From Ostreococcus tauri (taxonomy: Eukaryota): a stretch of DNA of 26,813 nt. The number at the start of each line of letters is the position of its first letter. The stretch's first letter is position 1. The notes below the pieces were generated by a model. That model saw only the letters and a list, made by a program, of their open reading frames with translations. It ran no database searches and was not told where the DNA came from. Shown here piece after piece: positions 23,330-26,813 of this stretch. The stretch covers positions 49,312 through 76,124 of the forward strand of contig CAID01000017.2 in assembly GCA_000214015.2 (NCBI GenBank). Direction: 5' to 3'. The translations under genes were made by a program, and so were the position numbers.

Positions 23330-24052
23330 ATGACGCCCGTGAAGGCGTCTAATTACGCGTTGAGTTGCGACGCGCCGGCGTGCGCGTGCTGCGGCGATAC
23401 CAAAGCGACGCCGTCGACGCCGACGACGGCGAAACCCGATCCGTTATCGCCGACGAAGCGCGATCGGTACCTTTCGTGGGACGATTACTTCATGTCGGTC
23501 GCATTTTTGAGCGCGCAGAGGTCGAAGGATCCGAATAAGCAAGTAGGCGCGTGTATCGTCGGAGAGGACAAGCTCATCTTGGGCGTCGGGTACAACGGTT
23601 TCCCTCGCGGGTGCGCCGACAGCGCGCTACCGTGGGCGAAGAAGAGCACGAACGGTGATGAGCTGGAGACGAAGTATCCGTACGTGTGTCACGCTGAGAT
23701 GAACGCAATCATGAATAAGAACTCGGCGTCCGTGGCGGGCGGGACGTTGTACGTGACCATGTACCCGTGCAACGAGTGCGCGAAGTTGATCATTCAGGCT
23801 GGGATTCGCGAGGTGGTGTATTACGAGGGGAAGATCAGTGAGGCAAAGGAGACACCGATGTCGCCGGGTGTGAGCGATGGATCGGTGGCGAAGCGCGACG
23901 ATCCCAAGCACATTTACGCCGCGGCGAATAGGCTGTTACGACTCGCCGACGTGCGCGTGCGCCAACACTCCCCCGCGGTGGCGGTGCAGGTGACGTATTT
24001 AGACGAGAGCGACGATGAGGACGAGGAGTTCGTCGCGGACGCGTCGGCGTGA
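23330..24052 (+). CDS. DCTD: dCMP (deoxycytidylate) deaminase
   Basis: Position 23291 is GTG; the first ATG is at 23330. [29 protein letters not shown] is followed by the zinc motifs HAEMNAI (from 23690) and PCNECAKLI (from 23765). TGA at 24050-24052. Confidence 0.9.
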   Translation: MTPVKASNYALSCDAPACACCGDTKATPSTPTTAKPDPLSPTKRDRYLSWDDYFMSVAFLSAQRSKDPNKQVGACIVGEDKLILGVGYNGFPRGCADSALPWAKKSTNGDELETKYPYVCHAEMNAIMNKNSASVAGGTLYVTMYPCNECAKLIIQAGIREVVYYEGKISEAKETPMSPGVSDGSVAKRDDPKHIYAAANRLLRLADVRVRQHSPAVAVQVTYLDESDDEDEEFVADASA

Positions 24053-24194
24053 GGGCGGGCGAGGAGTTAGGGATGATCGGTGTGTAATTTTGCATAGCAT
24101 TTCAAGCGAGCGACGAGTCCTGACGCCGGCGATTTTTTCTTCTCCCTCGTCCATCCTCATCCATCGCGCGTTTGAATCAAATCAAACCTCAAGT

Positions 24195-25038
24195 CTAGTC
24201 CCGGTTGGTCTCGCGGCTCTTCGAGGCGCTCAACTCCTCAACCGTCTCCCACGCCACGGCGCAGTCATCGGTGCATTCCTTCGCCGCGGCGAGGGCAGCT
24301 TCCAGCGCCGCTTCGATCTTCGCAACGCGAGCTTGGTTGACCTTCTTGGCAACCTCCTTCACGCCCTTCGCAGCGGCTTCGATCTCCTTCATGGTCTTCT
24401 CATCGACCGAGCCCGCCGCGCGCGCCGCGGCGATCGTAGCCTTGGTGGACTCGATGAACTTCTTATCCGCATCAGAGATCGCGACTTCCTGCATGGAGTC
24501 GTCGCTCGAATCCTTCGTCGCCGCGCTCAGCTCCTCGACGTCGTCCCACAGCACCGCGCAATCGTCCACGCACTGCTCCGCTTCCTTGAGCGCGTCTTGC
24601 AATCGTTCCGACGCGCCTTCGGCCCGAACGACCGTCGAGCGTCGCGCAGCCACCTACATCACGCGTCCGATCCGCGCTTCGTCAGTCTCCGATTCGGGCG
24701 TCCCGCGCCGCGCCCTCGATCGTCCCGCGTCATCCCCGCCGGCGTCCTCCACCCACCGTTCGACCGCGATCCAGCGCGCTCGATCGAGAGCGACGTGACG
24801 CGCGCGCGTTTCACGCCCACGACGCCGCGAACCCATCGACGCGCGCGTCGCGACCGCGGGCGATCGTCCCGATCGCGTCGATGCGCTCTTATCCGATCGC
24901 GCGCGATGATCCCTTCGTCGCGCGCCGCGAACGCGTCCCGCGCGCGCGCGAGCGTCGCGCGAGGTCGTGACGCACCGTGCGCGTCGCCCGGGCGAAGACG
25001 CGCGGGCGGAGGAGAACGTTGAGCGCGGTCGAGGCCAT
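24195..25038 (-). CDS. CP12: CP12-like protein with two CxxxC-AVxW(D/E)xVEELSA motifs; 2 exons (25038-24976, 24653-24195)
   Basis: Exon 1 is MASTALNVLLRPRVFARATRT with donor GTGCGT (24975-24970). CTGAC is at plus gtcag 24681-24685, and the TAG acceptor has its AG at 24655-24654. Exon 2 is VAARRSTVVRAEG...CVDDCAVLWDDVEELSAA...CTDDCAVAWETVEELSAS...RD followed by TAG (24197-24195). The ORF-track start at 24653 is GTG and is preceded by an in-frame TAG, so an upstream exon is required. Confidence 0.8.
24654..24975 (-). other. CP12 gene intron (322 nt)
   Basis: GTGCGT...CTGAC...TAG. Reading through exon 1 without splicing hits TAA after 48 codons. Confidence 0.8.
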
Positions 25039-25305
25039 CGTCGCGCGCGAGGTGTGACGCCGACGTGGGCGTGGGTGGTGGGGTTTTTTATCGCCGCGTC
25101 GTGGTCTCGTACTGTGGGTGCGTCGAGGTCGGTGTACGTGGATGATGGGTGTGGTGATCGGACATGTGGGTGGTGCCGCCGAGCCGGACGGGGCGCGGAG
25201 CGGCGAGAGACGCGCGGGACGGCGCGTGGGGGATGGATGCCGCGTCGAGCGCGTGCGTTTGGTTTGGTGACGTGTTGGTTTTACACGCGAGGTGTGTCGA
25301 GAGAC

Positions 25306-26813
25306 TCACGCCTTCTTCTCGATGAGGTACGTCACGGCGGCGACCAAGTCGGCGGCGCGCTTGACGACGGTTTTCTCCATCTCGCTGGCGTACGGTACGG
25401 GGGCGTCTTCCATGCACAAACGCATCACAGGGGCGTCGAGCTCGTCGAATAAGTTCTCGGAGACGATGGCGGAGAGCGTGGCGCCGACACCGCCGGTTCT
25501 GGTGGACTCGTCTAGGATGACGAGCTTGTGCGTGCGCTCGAGCGAGGTCTGGATCGTCTTCCAGTCCACCGGCTTCAGGCACGTGAGCTCGATGAAGTCG
25601 GCGTCGATGCCCTTTTGGGCGAGCTCTGCCATGGCTTCCTCGCACTCCTTCACGCCGTGGAGGTAGGTGACGATGGTAACAGCCTTTTCATTCTTCACCG
25701 CCTCGTCGCTCGCGAGGTGATGGACGGTGGACTTGTGGAGGGGGAGGAAAGAATCAGGGATCACCGGACCGCGAGATTTCATCATCTTCACCGGAAGTAA
25801 GAGCACGCCTGGGCCGTTGTCGCGAATCATAGACTTGGCCAAACCGTACGCCTCCTGAGGCTTACTCGCCGAGCAAATCTTCAGACCCGGGATGCCCATG
25901 ATGTAGGCGTGGAAGGGCTGAGAGTGTTCGGCACCGAGAGATTGGTTCGGGGCCGTACCCCCGGCACCGATGACCGTCATCGGCATCTTGAACTGACCGC
26001 CCGTCGTGGCATACGTGTTTCCGGCGGAGGAGAGCTCCGCCATACCGTAAATACCAAAGTTGGCATTCATGAGCTCAACGATGGGGCGGTAACCATTCAT
26101 CGCCTCGCCAAGCGCCTTACCCATGAAGTGACCCTCGTCGATGATCTCATCCGCCGCACGAAGCGTGCCGAAAGCTTGTTGCGTGTTGGCAGGAATATTG
26201 TAAGATGAACCGGCTTGAAGATCCTCAGCGTGCGCGACTGTCGTTGGGTCACGCAACATCTCCTCGAGAATGGCGAGGTTCACTGCGTCGCCGATGGAAA
26301 TACCTCGCGGATCGGTGCACATCGCGCGGAGCGCCTCGATGCGCGCCTCGAGCAACTTCAGCGTCTCGGCCGGAATGATCTTTTCCGTCACCGTTCGCGC
26401 AGATTCGAGGCCCTCAACCGGTTCACGTGCCGAGTAATCGACAGCCCCGCTCGGATCTGGGTACTCAAGCTCCGCGGCGAGGCCCGGCGGCGGCGGTGGA
26501 GACGCGTCTGCAAACGCGAGCGCGCGTTGCGTCTCAGCCTTGGCGCGCTCTGTCTCCTTCTTGAGATCAATGCGCGCGGCATCGGCGGAATTCTCGAAAA
26601 TCTTAATCGGGTCGCACTCAGCTCGCGCCCAGCGCTTCTCATCCTTGCGGTTGCGCTCGTGTTCCGGGTCTGCCGGTGAATGACCGTTGAAGCGGAACGT
26701 GTGCACTTGCAAAATAGCTGGACCCTTCGTACGCACGTGGTTGATCACAGTGCGACCAACCTTCAGCACATCTTGAACGTTTTGACCATCGACGAGCACG
26801 CCTGGGACGCCGT
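25306..26813 (-). CDS. Fused E1 alpha-beta component of a 2-oxoacid (pyruvate/acetoin-type) dehydrogenase; 5' end lies beyond the window
   Basis: The frame is open to the window edge (..GVPGVLVDGQNV...). The E1-alpha C-terminal signature is HTFRFNGHSPADP (GHS codons 26685-26677), followed by DPIKIF and AFADASPPPP. A linker of about 50 aa follows. The E1-beta-like part starts near 26301: ISIGDAVNLAILEEMLRDP, IDEGHFMGKALGEAMNGYRPIVE, GAEHSQPFHAYIMGIPGLKI and the C-terminal domain VTIVTYLHGV...LKPVDW...VILDEST. TGA at 25308-25306. Confidence 0.88.
   Translation of the reverse strand, partial: GVPGVLVDGQNVQDVLKVGRTVINHVRTKGPAILQVHTFRFNGHSPADPEHERNRKDEKRWARAECDPIKIFENSADAARIDLKKETERAKAETQRALAFADASPPPPPGLAAELEYPDPSGAVDYSAREPVEGLESARTVTEKIIPAETLKLLEARIEALRAMCTDPRGISIGDAVNLAILEEMLRDPTTVAHAEDLQAGSSYNIPANTQQAFGTLRAADEIIDEGHFMGKALGEAMNGYRPIVELMNANFGIYGMAELSSAGNTYATTGGQFKMPMTVIGAGGTAPNQSLGAEHSQPFHAYIMGIPGLKICSASKPQEAYGLAKSMIRDNGPGVLLLPVKMMKSRGPVIPDSFLPLHKSTVHHLASDEAVKNEKAVTIVTYLHGVKECEEAMAELAQKGIDADFIELTCLKPVDWKTIQTSLERTHKLVILDESTRTGGVGATLSAIVSENLFDELDAPVMRLCMEDAPVPYASEMEKTVVKRAADLVAAVTYLIEKKA

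Noticed and set aside
3785-24975. Idea that the four introns are copies of a repeated introner element
   Set aside because: By eye, the four intron sequences share only the donor, CTGAC branch and acceptor signals plus generic CG-rich low complexity. I could not find an extended shared core, and an alignment against genome-wide introns would be needed.
24015-25022. 335-aa plus-strand ORF (and 24205-24798) across the CP12 locus
   Set aside because: It is antisense to the CP12-like exons and intron, starts inside the dCMP deaminase 3' end, and has Arg/Ser-rich composition.
1-26813. Prokaryotic interpretation (operons, defence islands, GTG/TTG starts as given in the ORF track)
   Set aside because: Homology-restoring GT-AG introns are present, along with a eukaryote-type intron-containing tRNA, a Sec7 ARF-GEF, ankyrin, OTUD6, Whirly and CP12. 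Strands alternate between single genes. Together these show a eukaryotic nuclear locus, so neighbouring genes should not be read as an operon-encoded system.

Overview
This window is GC-rich, very gene-dense, intron-poor eukaryotic nuclear DNA, not a prokaryotic locus. The gene content includes plant-type [2Fe-2S] ferredoxin, CP12, Whirly, organellar bL27 and several products with transit-peptide-like N-termini. Stop-to-stop spacings are 23-85 bp, and the short introns share a fixed CTGAC branch site. Together these point to a picoplanktonic green alga (Mamiellophyceae, Micromonas-like). That assignment is inference, not a database hit. I support 17 protein-coding genes and one tRNA. Many ORF-track starts are GTG/TTG, so I re-anchored each gene to its first in-frame ATG. 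Homology-guided reading recovers four spliceosomal introns the ORF track cannot show: one in the J-domain gene, two in ferredoxin and one in CP12. In window order the genes are: a partial coiled-coil protein, an OTUD6-like deubiquitinase, a chromate transporter, a J-domain/MECR-like reductase fusion, ferredoxin, a small TM protein, a Sec7 ARF-GEF, a coiled-coil protein with a Met10 run, Whirly, bL27 with a long tail, tRNA-Gly(GCC) with an 86-nt intron, a GIY-YIG protein with nine zinc-ribbon repeats, an ankyrin protein, an RluA-type pseudouridine synthase, an unknown 406-aa protein, dCMP deaminase, a CP12-like protein, and a fused E1 alpha-beta 2-oxoacid dehydrogenase (partial). The most unusual items are listed below.
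- The 842-aa GIY-YIG nuclease-like protein has a C-terminal third made of nine tandem CxxC-x18-21-CxxC modules. These are encoded by near-identical 123-bp repeats whose variation sits on a few codons.
- A perfect 68-bp tandem array fills almost the whole divergent promoter between Whirly and bL27.
- tRNA-Gly carries a long intron.
- Three domain architectures are unusual: J-domain+MECR, CP12 with two N-type motifs and no C-terminal loop, and fused E1 alpha-beta.
I saw no rRNA, CRISPR array or recognisable transposon.
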